Positions 37,953-47,505 of a DNA stretch of 64,000 nucleotides are shown here, piece after piece (within the stretch, counting starts at the first letter, position 1; each line of letters starts with the position of its first letter). The position numbers and the translations under genes are program-made. This stretch comes from a virus. The notes under the pieces were generated by a model. It was given only the letters and a program-made list of their open reading frames with translations. It ran no database searches and was not told where the DNA came from. The stretch is taken from positions 1 to 64,000 of IMG/VR virus record IMGVR_UViG_3300025133_009669. One strand, 5' to 3'.

Positions 37953-39566
37953 ATGGAATTGGCGTCAAAAATTTTATCTGATATAACCGTGCATATGAAA
38001 TACGCACGATATCTCGATTCTGAGAACAGGAGAGAGAACTGGGAAGAGCTTATTGCAAGAAGCGAGAATATGCATATTAAGAAGTTCCCCCATTTAAAGG
38101 ATGAAATTAAAAAGGCGTATAAATTCGTATATGATAAGAAAGTTCTTCCGTCGATGCGCGTCCTCCAGTTTGGAGGTAAGCCAATTGAGATTGCGCCAAA
38201 TAGAGCCTATAATTGCGGGTATTTGCCGATTGACGACATTCGGGCTTTCAGCGAAACAATGTTCCTTCTTCTTGGTGGAACAGGAATTGGATACTCTGTT
38301 CAAAAGCACCACGTTGAGCAGCTTCCTGAAATCAGGAAGCCTAATCCGAAAAGAACAAGGCGTTTTTTAATCGCAGACTCTATTGAGGGTTGGGCGGATG
38401 CCGTTAAGGCTTTAGTGAACTCTTATTTCAGAGAGACATCTAAGCTTCGATTTGATTTCTCCGATATTCGTCCTAAGGGCGCAAATCTGGTCACGTCTGG
38501 AGGCAAAGCTCCGGGCCCTCAGCCGCTAAAGGAGTGCTTAGTGAGGCTAGAGGGCATCCTCGATTCAAAAGAGACTGGAGACAGGCTCAGCCCCATAGAA
38601 GTCCATGATATGATGTGTTATATTGCGGATGCTGTTTTGGCTGGAGGCATTAGAAGGGCGGCATTGATTGCTCTGTTTTCTGCGGATGATGAAGAAATGA
38701 TATCTTCAAAGTCAGGAAACTGGTCTGAGGCAAATCCTCAGCGGGGAAGAGCAAACAACTCCGTTGTCTTAATGAGGCATAGAATTAAGAAGGAATACTT
38801 CATGTCTCTCTGGGAGAAGATTAAGGCCTCTGGGGCGGGAGAGCCTGGTTTCTACTTTACAAATGACAAGGACTGGGGTTGTAATCCATGTTGCGAAATT
38901 GGCTTAAAGCCTTTTCAGTTTTGCAATCTTGTTGAAATAAACGCCTCTGATCTAGTCGACCAAGAGGACTTTAACTCTAGAGCCAAAGCTGCGTCATTCA
39001 TCGGAACCCTCCAAGCCAGCTATACAGACTTTCATTATTTGAGGCCAATATGGCAAAGAACAACCGAAAAGGATGCTCTCTTAGGAGTTAGTCTGACGGG
39101 CATTGCAAGCGGAAGAGTATTGGAGTTAGATGCGACATATGCCGCAGGAGTAGTTGGCGAAGAAAACATTCGAGTGGCTAACCTGCTAGGCATAAACCCC
39201 GCAGCAAGAACAACCTGTATCAAGCCTGCTGGCTGTCAAGTTCCATCCTCTGTGATTAGAACTTCAGAGGGAGATATGAGTCTGCATGATATCTTCGCAA
39301 AGAACGGAATTGATTTAAGTGACCATCTAGATGAATATAGAGAGTGGTATGACGTTACTTCTGACATAAAAGTTCCGAATCAAAATGGTGAAATGAATTC
39401 CATAACAAGGTTGTTCGTAAATGGATTCGAAGAGTCTATCCGATTTACAATGGAGGATGGCTCCACTATAGAGTGTACGCCACATCACAAATTCATGATG
39501 GCCGATGGAGAATGGAAGCAGGCAATCGATATTACAGAGGAAGACGACTGGATGCATGTAGGGTAA
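37953..39566 (+). CDS. nrdJ: Ribonucleotide reductase (class II NrdJ/RTPR-like), N-terminal part + split intein N-fragment
   Basis: VLPSMR, AYNCGY, GGTGIGYSV, GGIRRAA, NPCCEIGL (thiyl Cys), TTCIKPAG then intein; GGAG before ATG 37953. Confidence 0.85.
   Translation: MELASKILSDITVHMKYARYLDSENRRENWEELIARSENMHIKKFPHLKDEIKKAYKFVYDKKVLPSMRVLQFGGKPIEIAPNRAYNCGYLPIDDIRAFSETMFLLLGGTGIGYSVQKHHVEQLPEIRKPNPKRTRRFLIADSIEGWADAVKALVNSYFRETSKLRFDFSDIRPKGANLVTSGGKAPGPQPLKECLVRLEGILDSKETGDRLSPIEVHDMMCYIADAVLAGGIRRAALIALFSADDEEMISSKSGNWSEANPQRGRANNSVVLMRHRIKKEYFMSLWEKIKASGAGEPGFYFTNDKDWGCNPCCEIGLKPFQFCNLVEINASDLVDQEDFNSRAKAASFIGTLQASYTDFHYLRPIWQRTTEKDALLGVSLTGIASGRVLELDATYAAGVVGEENIRVANLLGINPAARTTCIKPAGCQVPSSVIRTSEGDMSLHDIFAKNGIDLSDHLDEYREWYDVTSDIKVPNQNGEMNSITRLFVNGFEESIRFTMEDGSTIECTPHHKFMMADGEWKQAIDITEEDDWMHVG
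39234..39563 (+). mobile_element. Split intein N-fragment (110 aa)
   Basis: Begins with Cys after KPAG; block B IECTPHHKFM and GEWKQAIDI; then a stop with no HN terminus. Confidence 0.9.
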
Positions 39567-39646
39567 TTTGCCATTATAAACATTTGGGATAGCGACTGGC
39601 AAACAAATAGGGATAATGTAAAGCAGATGCTTAAGGACATAATAAA

Positions 39647-39748
39647 ATGAAAATAGTAAAAAAAGAAGTAACACAATCATTTACAGTAGATATAGAAGTT
39701 GAGAATACGCCTGTTTACCAGATGGCAAACGGATGCGTTTCTCACAAT
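39647..39748 (+). mobile_element. Split intein C-fragment (34 aa)
   Basis: MKIVKK...TVDIEVENTPVYQMANGCVSHN followed by Thr (blocks F/G). Confidence 0.9.
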
Positions 39749-40330
39749 ACTACTTCACTTACACTGGGCACTTCCTCTGGAATTCATGCATGGCATAATG
39801 ATTTTTACATAAGAAGGCTTCGCGTTGGAAAGAACGAGTCTATCTATTCTTATCTTGAGAATAATCATCCAGAGCTTATCGAAGATGAATTCTTTAGACC
39901 GCATGATACTGCCGTGATTTCAGTGCCTCAGAAGGCACCCGCAGGAGCTATTACGCGAAGTGAAACGGCGACTGATCTGCTTGAAAGAGTGAAAAGAATG
40001 ACAGTTGACTGGGTTAATCCCGGCTATCGAAAGGGTCAAAACACGCATAATGTTTCTGCCACAATTACTGTGAAAAATGATGAATGGGATACCGTTGCAG
40101 ATTGGATGTGGGAAAATAGGGACGTGTATAATGGCCTATCTATTCTTCCGCATTCAGAGCATACGTATGTTCAGCCCCCATTCGAAGATTGTACGGAAGA
40201 AGTCTACAATGAGATGATGCACTCTCTAAAAGAAGTGAGAATAGAGAGCGTTTTGGAAGAGACAGATAATACAGATCTTTCGGGAGAGCTGGCCTGCTCA
40301 GGGGGATCGTGTTCGATCTCTTACTTATAG
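39647..40330 (+). CDS. nrdJ: Split intein C-fragment + ribonucleotide reductase C-terminal part
   Basis: Own RBS (AAGGA 39633-39637); 34-aa IntC, then TTSLTLGTSSGIHAWH, HNVSATI, YVQPPFE and C-terminal ACSGGSC. Confidence 0.88.
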   Translation: MKIVKKEVTQSFTVDIEVENTPVYQMANGCVSHNTTSLTLGTSSGIHAWHNDFYIRRLRVGKNESIYSYLENNHPELIEDEFFRPHDTAVISVPQKAPAGAITRSETATDLLERVKRMTVDWVNPGYRKGQNTHNVSATITVKNDEWDTVADWMWENRDVYNGLSILPHSEHTYVQPPFEDCTEEVYNEMMHSLKEVRIESVLEETDNTDLSGELACSGGSCSISYL

Positions 40331-40354
40331 GGCATAAACCGTAGGGAGCTTGTT

Positions 40355-43057
40355 TTGAGAAAGTTAATTGCGCTAAATAAATGGCTAAAGACTAATGGCC
40401 TGAAGAGAGAATCTCTCTCTATTTCTAGTCTGAATAAGCTATATAAGTATGCTGTCTCAAGAGCAGAGATAGCAGACCTGAAAGACTGGCTAGATGACGA
40501 TTATTCGCAACTAAGTTTCGATGAGCTTTTTAAAGGCAAACTTCGTTTGGTGATTCCGTTTAATACGAAAGAAGATAGGCAGCTCTTGAGCCTTGTCCCT
40601 TTTCTAAAGGAGACTGGATGGCTTCCGGCTGGTAGAGGAAGTTCGTTTAACACGAAGAAAGTTAAGCAGAAAATGCGCAGACCTGATACCGGAGAGGAGT
40701 ATGAAGAAGAAGTTGAAGTTGCAGACCTGAAGATTTCTAAAGAAGAAAAAAGAGTAATTCCCGCTGGCCCAAGAAAGGGCGAAGAAATTACAAGAGAAAA
40801 GATTTTGTCTATTTCTAAGGTTTTATCTGATCCGAAAAATAATGCACCTGTTGGAATGGCGGATTGGTGGAAGGGTAAGCAAACAGAGTATACAAGGGAC
40901 TATAATTGGAAGCAAATTGAGTCCGTCTTTAAAGACGGAGACCTTAAAGCAGAGCATTCGATTATTATATCTAGAGATCCGATTGACGTACTTAGGATGA
41001 GTGACTATGAAAATATACGCTCCTGCCATAGTGAGCATGGATCTTACTTTAATTGTGCAATCTCAGAGTCAAGAGGCAATGGCCTAGTTGCCTATCTGGT
41101 TAAGAGTTCTGATTTAGAAGAAGCCTTGAATCCCCCAAGTCACTGGAGTGAAGATGCGGCGGCGCAAGACGAGCAGCAGAGGGGCATCCAGATAGGAGAT
41201 CTGGATGGACAAGAAATATTCGCAGATAGAGGAAGGGAGGTCTTAGGCGTAACTCCCAAGTCTAGGGTTAGGCTGCGAAAATATGTAGATACAGCTAGAG
41301 ATTATGAGTTTGCCGCTCCAGAAAATAGAACATATGGACCACACCCTCCTGGTTTTATAGATTTAGTTAGAAATTGGGCATGGCAGCAGCAGAAGCACCT
41401 GTTCGAAAATAACGGAGAAATATCCTTGCCCAATCAAGGTAATTTGCAAATGCACGGAGGATCGTATAGAGATACGTATGATGGAGACATATTGAACTCA
41501 TTCTTCGAAGAGGGATGCGATTATGCAGATTATCGTGGAAATGTAACAACTATATCTTCTAACGAAGAAAGCACGTATGAAATGTGGGTTGCTGAAATTG
41601 AAGAAATATTGGAAGATGCCGAGGCTACTCTCGAACATGTCTCTTTTTCATCAGAGGTTGATGATGATGGAGAAGGGAATCCATACTTATATGCACACGC
41701 TTATTTGAGCTATAGCCTTCCTCTTTACGGATGGGAAGAAATATCTATTGAGAATAGGTTTGCTAAAACAAATAATCCGCTTATAAGAGATATCCCGGTT
41801 AGTTACGATTATGATTTTGAAAAATTGTTTGACCATCCGGAAGGTGGGGAAGTTGTTTCAGTAGAGTTAAATGAGAAAACTAAGTCTATAGATATCTCCA
41901 TTGAGTTTTCTTGTGATAGCTGTTATAATCCAGATGATGTAGAGGAGTATTTCGAATATATAAGAGATAGTATTGATTCGAAGTATTTAGAATATGTTGA
42001 GTCAGTTAGAAGGAAACTAGTTGCGGCAGAATATATAGAGGGGCTTGAATTTGATCGAGCAATAATCCGACTTGAAGATATGGAGTTTGAGAACTTTGTA
42101 ATGCTTGATGTAGAAGAGGACGAGTCGGAAATAAAAGTAAATATGAAGCCGAAAGCGACGCTTTTTAAGTTACAAATTCCATATGCCATTAAGAATAGTC
42201 CAGTACCCTTTGAGCCTAAAGACTTTGCAAAAATATTTGATGCAGAAGTTATTTCTACTTGGGTAAAAAGTTTTCGACTGAATAATGTTTCCAAGATTAT
42301 TGGAAGCACGCTAGATAAGCTTGCGGCCCAAGAGAATCAGGACAAATTGCAGCTTCGTTTCGACTTTCTCCCTGAACCTGAAGCCTCTCCTAGTTTGGGG
42401 GCGCTTTTGGATGTAGACAGAATTCTTACGGCTAATCTTTTCTTAGCAGATACGGCCGTCTATGTAGAGCTTTCATTTTCCCTACAAACTTCTCATACGA
42501 ATGATGAAATTTTACTTATAGAAAAGTTCATTAAGGTCTTTGACGAAAACTTTCATTTAATAGGAAGAGCCTTTGAGGACTATTTGGCACAGAGGCTTGC
42601 GAAAGCTGGAGTTGAAGCCAAAGGCATATCAAAGAATTTTTTCTCAGGAGAGCTGGCAAAGCCAATCATAGAGCGTCTAAAAAAATCTTCTACGAATGAC
42701 GTTAGAAGATTAGCCACTTGGATTGAGGCAAATTGGAACGTCTTTAGCAACGCAGAGAAGGATCTTGCTTATAATAAATATCTTCTTCCGACCGAAAGAT
42801 ATGGAGACTATATACACGATCATAACTTGGATTGGCCAAATTCTTGGAACTCAGAAATGCAGAAAAGAAAAGATACTGATATAGGATATAGATGGAATGG
42901 TCTTTCGATGAAAGATGTTTCTTTGCAATCTAATCAGATTATGCCAGAAGAAGAGAGAGAAGGGGGTCTTTCGGAAGATTCACATGTAGATACGCTCGAA
43001 GAAAATTCCGAAGCAGAACAAGACGCAGAGCAGGAAGGCGCCTCAACTATAGTCTAA
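40355..43057 (+). CDS. Large hypothetical protein (900 aa, acidic)
   Basis: Long ORF, TTG start with GGGAG; conserved-looking ISRDPIDVLRMSD...SCHS segment; no function recognised. Confidence 0.75.
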   Translation: MRKLIALNKWLKTNGLKRESLSISSLNKLYKYAVSRAEIADLKDWLDDDYSQLSFDELFKGKLRLVIPFNTKEDRQLLSLVPFLKETGWLPAGRGSSFNTKKVKQKMRRPDTGEEYEEEVEVADLKISKEEKRVIPAGPRKGEEITREKILSISKVLSDPKNNAPVGMADWWKGKQTEYTRDYNWKQIESVFKDGDLKAEHSIIISRDPIDVLRMSDYENIRSCHSEHGSYFNCAISESRGNGLVAYLVKSSDLEEALNPPSHWSEDAAAQDEQQRGIQIGDLDGQEIFADRGREVLGVTPKSRVRLRKYVDTARDYEFAAPENRTYGPHPPGFIDLVRNWAWQQQKHLFENNGEISLPNQGNLQMHGGSYRDTYDGDILNSFFEEGCDYADYRGNVTTISSNEESTYEMWVAEIEEILEDAEATLEHVSFSSEVDDDGEGNPYLYAHAYLSYSLPLYGWEEISIENRFAKTNNPLIRDIPVSYDYDFEKLFDHPEGGEVVSVELNEKTKSIDISIEFSCDSCYNPDDVEEYFEYIRDSIDSKYLEYVESVRRKLVAAEYIEGLEFDRAIIRLEDMEFENFVMLDVEEDESEIKVNMKPKATLFKLQIPYAIKNSPVPFEPKDFAKIFDAEVISTWVKSFRLNNVSKIIGSTLDKLAAQENQDKLQLRFDFLPEPEASPSLGALLDVDRILTANLFLADTAVYVELSFSLQTSHTNDEILLIEKFIKVFDENFHLIGRAFEDYLAQRLAKAGVEAKGISKNFFSGELAKPIIERLKKSSTNDVRRLATWIEANWNVFSNAEKDLAYNKYLLPTERYGDYIHDHNLDWPNSWNSEMQKRKDTDIGYRWNGLSMKDVSLQSNQIMPEEEREGGLSEDSHVDTLEENSEAEQDAEQEGASTIV

Positions 43058-43062
43058 TATAG

Positions 43063-43419
43063 ATGATTACAAAAATCCTAACCGACCGTGTAAATTTCTC
43101 AAATGACGTAAAAGAAGTACGACAGCAATGGTTGTGCGATCTCTTCTTATATATAGGCCTAGATGGATATGAGATGCTTAAAATGCCGAGAGATCAGGCA
43201 ATTGATTATATGTTGGAGAATAACGTCGAGCTTATAGAGTATAAAGGAATAGAGGCCTTGGAGGTTAGATATGAAGGAGAGACGATAGGGGAGTGGGCAG
43301 GGCCCGAATACAGAATAAAAGAAGATCCAAGTGATCAATCTCTTTATTTTGAGGCAACAATAGAGCATTGGTCAATTAAAGAAGATGATATGGACATTAG
43401 TTCAGCGGAGATACCTTGA
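43063..43419 (+). CDS. Hypothetical protein
   Basis: 118-aa ORF whose stop overlaps the next start. Confidence 0.6.
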   Translation: MITKILTDRVNFSNDVKEVRQQWLCDLFLYIGLDGYEMLKMPRDQAIDYMLENNVELIEYKGIEALEVRYEGETIGEWAGPEYRIKEDPSDQSLYFEATIEHWSIKEDDMDISSAEIP

Positions 43420-44705
43420 AGCACAATAAGAAAAATTTCATATTAGATACGTCAGTTTTAGTTTATCATGAAGATTCGATTCATGGATTTCCCAATCAAA
43501 ATGTGATTATTCCCATGGAAGTCTTGGAGGAGATAGACAATCTAAAGTCAAGACATGATGCCGTTGGAAACGCAGCTCGTTATATAAATAGATTTTTGGA
43601 TGGCCTTAGAGGGCTTGGCTCACTAAAGGACGGGGTGACGCTAGAAAATGGAGAGACTATTTTCGTACATGTTGAGTCTGAATATACAAAGCTCCCATCC
43701 TCAATGTCCGAATCTAATGATAATAAGATTATAGCAGTCGCGCTAAGTTTGTCTAAGAAGCTTGAGGATGTTACTCTTATCTCTAGAGATATCAACGTAA
43801 GGGTGAAGTGCGATTCCCTTGGGATTTCCTCTGAAAATTACGAAAAGGAAAAGGCAGTCGTAAACAGAAAAGGTGCATATACTGGCGTAGCGGTAAAGCA
43901 TTTTAGCCCAGAGGAGATTCAAGGCTTTTATGACAAAAAAGAGCTTGAGTATGTGGAAGAAGACTTATATCCTAATGAATTTGTAGTATTGAAAGGAGGG
44001 GCTCAAAGCGCACTTGGTCTACATAAAGACGGCCTAATTAAGCCCCTAGCGCATTCGAAAGGTACTCCATCTGTAAACGGTATTCGCCCAAGAAACAAAG
44101 AGCAGACTTTTGCACTAGAATCTTTGCTTAACCCTAACATACATATGGTCACTCTAACAGGAATTAGTGGCTCTGGAAAGACTATCCTCTCTTCTGCTGC
44201 AGCAGCCCATATGCTTACAAGTGGGATTTATGATAAAATCATAATCTCACGACCAGTTCAATCTCTTAGTTCTGAGATGGGGTTTCTGCCAGGAGACAAA
44301 GAGGAGAAGCTGGCTCCATGGATTCAGCCTATTATTGATAATTTCAAAATTATTTTTAAAAATGGACAAGTATATTTCGATATGCTGCTAGAGACAGGCC
44401 AGCTAGAGATAGAGGCTCTCGCTTATATTCGAGGAAGAAGTCTTCCGAACACTATTTTTATTCTTGATGAGTCTCAAAATATAAGCTATGCTGAAGCCAA
44501 GGCAGTGATTACAAGGATGGGCGAAAATTCAAAACTAATCATGCTAGGAGATGTTGAGCAGATAGACGCGCCGCATTTGGACGCGGCAACCTGCGGCCTA
44601 GGAGCTGTTGTCGAGAAGTTTAAAGACTTTCATCTATCTTCTCATATAACCTTGCTCAAGGGAGAACGAAGCCCGCTAGCTGCGCATGCTGCAAAAATCC
44701 TCTAA
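43416..44705 (+). CDS. phoH: PIN-domain PhoH family protein (PhoH2)
   Basis: ILDTSVL...NDNKII...SRDINVRVK (PIN); PRNKEQ, GISGSGKT, GFLPGD, IRGRSL, LDESQN, TRMGENSK, GDVEQID. Confidence 0.92.
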   Translation: MKHNKKNFILDTSVLVYHEDSIHGFPNQNVIIPMEVLEEIDNLKSRHDAVGNAARYINRFLDGLRGLGSLKDGVTLENGETIFVHVESEYTKLPSSMSESNDNKIIAVALSLSKKLEDVTLISRDINVRVKCDSLGISSENYEKEKAVVNRKGAYTGVAVKHFSPEEIQGFYDKKELEYVEEDLYPNEFVVLKGGAQSALGLHKDGLIKPLAHSKGTPSVNGIRPRNKEQTFALESLLNPNIHMVTLTGISGSGKTILSSAAAAHMLTSGIYDKIIISRPVQSLSSEMGFLPGDKEEKLAPWIQPIIDNFKIIFKNGQVYFDMLLETGQLEIEALAYIRGRSLPNTIFILDESQNISYAEAKAVITRMGENSKLIMLGDVEQIDAPHLDAATCGLGAVVEKFKDFHLSSHITLLKGERSPLAAHAAKIL

Positions 44706-44709
44706 TCTT

Positions 44710-44874
44710 ATGAAGGTCTATGACTTCATTTATGATAAGCTGAATAAGAAGAGAAAAAGAAAGAAAAAAAGACCACGCGTTCAGATTCCTCTTCCCAAAT
44801 ATAAGACTCCTAAGGAAGAGCTTAAAAAAGAAGAGAAGAAAAGTGATCGTGGAGTTATTATTATTGACCTATAA
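44710..44874 (+). CDS. Small basic hypothetical protein
   Basis: 54 aa from ATG 44710, ending RGVIIIDL. Confidence 0.55.
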   Translation: MKVYDFIYDKLNKKRKRKKKRPRVQIPLPKYKTPKEELKKEEKKSDRGVIIIDL

Positions 44875-44885
44875 AGCGTGGAGGA

Positions 44886-45635
44886 ATGATGATTAAGCCA
44901 TTGGTTTTACTTGCGAATAGTTTGGACAAAAGAGGTCTTTATAAAGAGGCAGACAGCATAGATAGAGTTTTGTCTGATTTGAAAGGTCGACATTTGCGCT
45001 CTCACGTTGTTTCTTCGGGAGAGGTTCTAGGGGCAATAGCTGAAAAGTATAAGGTAACTGTAGAGGGAATTATTCAAGCAAATGATCTAGAGTCGGCTGA
45101 CAAAATTGGCATTGGCCAAAAATTAATAATTCCTGATCAAGTTGGATTTTCAGAAGAAAAGCCTTCGCTTCAAGGCGCAGAATATGAAGTTTCTGATGAC
45201 GAAATAGTCGCCGCAACTCTAATGGGAGAAGGGGGATCTATGTACAGCATAGATCTTATGAAGAGGGTTTATACTGTAATTGTCAACAGAAGTAATTACA
45301 GCGGAAAGTCTCATAGAGAGGTCGTTTTGAGTCCGAGACAATTTTCGTATTGGAACAAAGGTGTAGACTCAGAGCGCGTTGCAAAAGAGGTGAATAAGTG
45401 GAAGCTTGGAACCTTGCCAGCAACACAGGCTCGATGGGAAAAAGCTCTCGAAATAGTACGGGGAAACTTAATCGCTCCCGAGGTAGGAAGGTCTGCTTAT
45501 TATCTGAACAAAGACCTAGCAGGAAGTGGCTTTATAGGGCCTAACTGGAAGCTTATTTACAAAGGAGATGCTGGCGATCCGCATTCCTATGGACTAAATG
45601 GACCTCCATGGGATAATCATAAAAAATCTGTTTAG
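44886..45635 (+). CDS. LysM + SleB/Hydrolase_2-like cell wall hydrolase
   Basis: HVVSSGEVLGAIAEKYKVT...IGQKLIIP (LysM); ATLMGEGG...VIVNR...RQFSYWN. Confidence 0.78.
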   Translation: MMIKPLVLLANSLDKRGLYKEADSIDRVLSDLKGRHLRSHVVSSGEVLGAIAEKYKVTVEGIIQANDLESADKIGIGQKLIIPDQVGFSEEKPSLQGAEYEVSDDEIVAATLMGEGGSMYSIDLMKRVYTVIVNRSNYSGKSHREVVLSPRQFSYWNKGVDSERVAKEVNKWKLGTLPATQARWEKALEIVRGNLIAPEVGRSAYYLNKDLAGSGFIGPNWKLIYKGDAGDPHSYGLNGPPWDNHKKSV

Positions 45636-45637
45636 TT

Positions 45638-46180
45638 ATGAATAAGAAGTTACAGATTATTAATTGCAAAAGTACTTGCAAAATGTCAAGACAAATACAG
45701 GATAGCAATCACTGTAATAAAAAAGCGTCCATTGTAGACGGAGGAGTCTTTTTTGGCTGCAAAGAGAGCTTGAAGAAAGAGCCTAAAGAGGTAAGGCAGT
45801 TTTTTGCCTGTGATTTATGGAATATGGGCCTTACTGAGAGTTGCGATTCTTGTGAGTTAGAGTGTATAAACAACAAAAATGAAAAAATGAAAGCTGTCTT
45901 GGCTGAAAAGAAAAAATTAGATTTAGTAATTGATAAACTTAAGCCGAATATGATGCTCTATGGAGTGTCTGCAAAGCAAGTAGAGGATATAAGCTCCAAA
46001 TATACAAAGAAGGGAGCTAGCGGAAAGAAGGACAGAATGGGTTCTGAGGCAATTAGGGCTGCAGGATTTGCTAACGAGGCTTTAAAGATGATTCTTAATG
46101 GAAGGCCAATTGATGCTGCATTCTTTTCTTTATATGCAAAGAAAACTTCTGGTAGGCTAAAAAAGCTGAAGAAGAAATAG
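45638..46180 (+). CDS. Cys-rich hypothetical protein
   Basis: 180-aa ORF with several Cys in the N-terminal half. Confidence 0.6.
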   Translation: MNKKLQIINCKSTCKMSRQIQDSNHCNKKASIVDGGVFFGCKESLKKEPKEVRQFFACDLWNMGLTESCDSCELECINNKNEKMKAVLAEKKKLDLVIDKLKPNMMLYGVSAKQVEDISSKYTKKGASGKKDRMGSEAIRAAGFANEALKMILNGRPIDAAFFSLYAKKTSGRLKKLKKK

Positions 46181-46939
46181 TTAGTTTTCTAAGAACAGCT
46201 TGATATCGTTAGCAGATGCGGCAAAGCCTCCGTATTGTGGCAGTGCTCCAAATAAAATTCCGATAACTTCACCATCTAAGGTGAAGATAGGACTTCCGCT
46301 GTGTCCGGGAAGAATCTCTTCTGAGATCATAATGAATTTATTTCCAGATGTTGAGAGCGAAGATAGACTTATTCTGTCTCTGTCGAGAAAAGACGATATA
46401 TAGGTATCTAGTATAATGGGGAAGTCTCCTGCTGGAGCGCCAATTACATAAACTTTTTCAAATAATTGTGGAAAATAAAGATCGTCTATCAGCTTTACAG
46501 GCTTGATGAATCCTCTTGCCTGGATGAGGCACAGATCTAATGCGGGGCTAGTTTTCATGACTCTTAAATCGCTGTTCCCTTCAGACCAATCGATAAGTTT
46601 TTGGCTATAATCCTCAATATGAAGCGTAGAATCTGCAGTTATTTCGTTGCAAAAGTGATCATTGGTCAAAACAAGAGACGAATCAGTAGTTACATCATAA
46701 GCTATAGAGAAGCCTGTGGCAGAAGTCGAAAAAGCTGACTCATCAAATTCTTCTTTTCCAATATGTGTAACTTTTACTACAGAGAGGAGCATCGCTTTCA
46801 TTCTTACGATTGCTGGCTCAGAGTGAGCTGGTTTTTCTTTAACTCTTATCTTAGTGATATTGAAAGTCAAAAGAAATATATTAACTGCTAAAAATAATAG
46901 AAATGAGAAAATAAATGTAGTTTTTAATATTTTTTTCAT
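46181..46939 (-). CDS. Trypsin-like serine protease with N-terminal membrane anchor
   Basis: Catalytic triad LTNDHFC, DLCLI, PGHSGSP; hydrophobic N-terminus from ATG 46939. Confidence 0.85.
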   Translation of the reverse strand: MKKILKTTFIFSFLLFLAVNIFLLTFNITKIRVKEKPAHSEPAIVRMKAMLLSVVKVTHIGKEEFDESAFSTSATGFSIAYDVTTDSSLVLTNDHFCNEITADSTLHIEDYSQKLIDWSEGNSDLRVMKTSPALDLCLIQARGFIKPVKLIDDLYFPQLFEKVYVIGAPAGDFPIILDTYISSFLDRDRISLSSLSTSGNKFIMISEEILPGHSGSPIFTLDGEVIGILFGALPQYGGFAASANDIKLFLEN

Positions 46940-47019
46940 ATTGCACCCAATACATCCGGTAATATTACTATGAATAAAGCACCCAAAGAAATGGGAGATA
47001 GACAATAGTAGGAGTAAAT

Positions 47020-47160
47020 ATGGGCTGTGGATGCGGAAAGAAGATTTCTAGAAGCAGAAAGTCTTCTGTGAAAAAAAAATCAAATAATAAAAAGAAAACA
47101 GTAATCAGAAAGAAAAAAGTTAATAAACTAATTTCAATTCCCGGAACTATAAAGAAGTAG
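47020..47160 (+). CDS. 46-aa highly basic protein MGCGCGKK... (not in ORF track)
   Basis: AGGAG RBS at 47010-47014, ATG 47020, TAG 47158-47160. Confidence 0.65.
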   Translation: MGCGCGKKISRSRKSSVKKKSNNKKKTVIRKKKVNKLISIPGTIKK

Positions 47161-47165
47161 CAGCC

Positions 47166-47390
47166 TTAGCAGCCTTCGGCCCCTGTGTGCGGAGCAGAAA
47201 CATAGGCCGCAAATAGATTCTCTTCAGATATGGAACTAATATTAGATGAGTAGTGAATGGTCTTTTGATCTTTTATTAACTCTTCTATAGTATTGTTTAT
47301 CTTCTTTATAAGTTCCTCCTTGTCTTCTTGCGTTATCTCAATAACGCAGTCTAATTGAATTTCTACAAAATACTTATTGCCTGTTTCCAT
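47166..47390 (-). CDS. Hypothetical protein
   Basis: 74-aa ORF with GGAG RBS on the minus strand. Confidence 0.55.
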   Translation of the reverse strand: METGNKYFVEIQLDCVIEITQEDKEELIKKINNTIEELIKDQKTIHYSSNISSISEENLFAAYVSAPHTGAEGC

Positions 47391-47505
47391 AATGGCTCCA
47401 CTAGGTTGTTCTTAAGGTAGCTGAAATATTCATAGAGAAAAAGGTGACAGGGCAAACGCGAGGCCTACCTTGTGCAGGAACCCGCAGAGAATCAGGAGAA
47501 GAAGA

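Noticed and set aside
39561-39647. Programmed ribosomal bypass or frameshift joining the two RNR ORFs
   Set aside because: The downstream ORF has its own RBS and ATG, an in-frame TAA at 39632 just upstream, and a typical IntC start; no matched take-off and landing codon. A split intein explains it better
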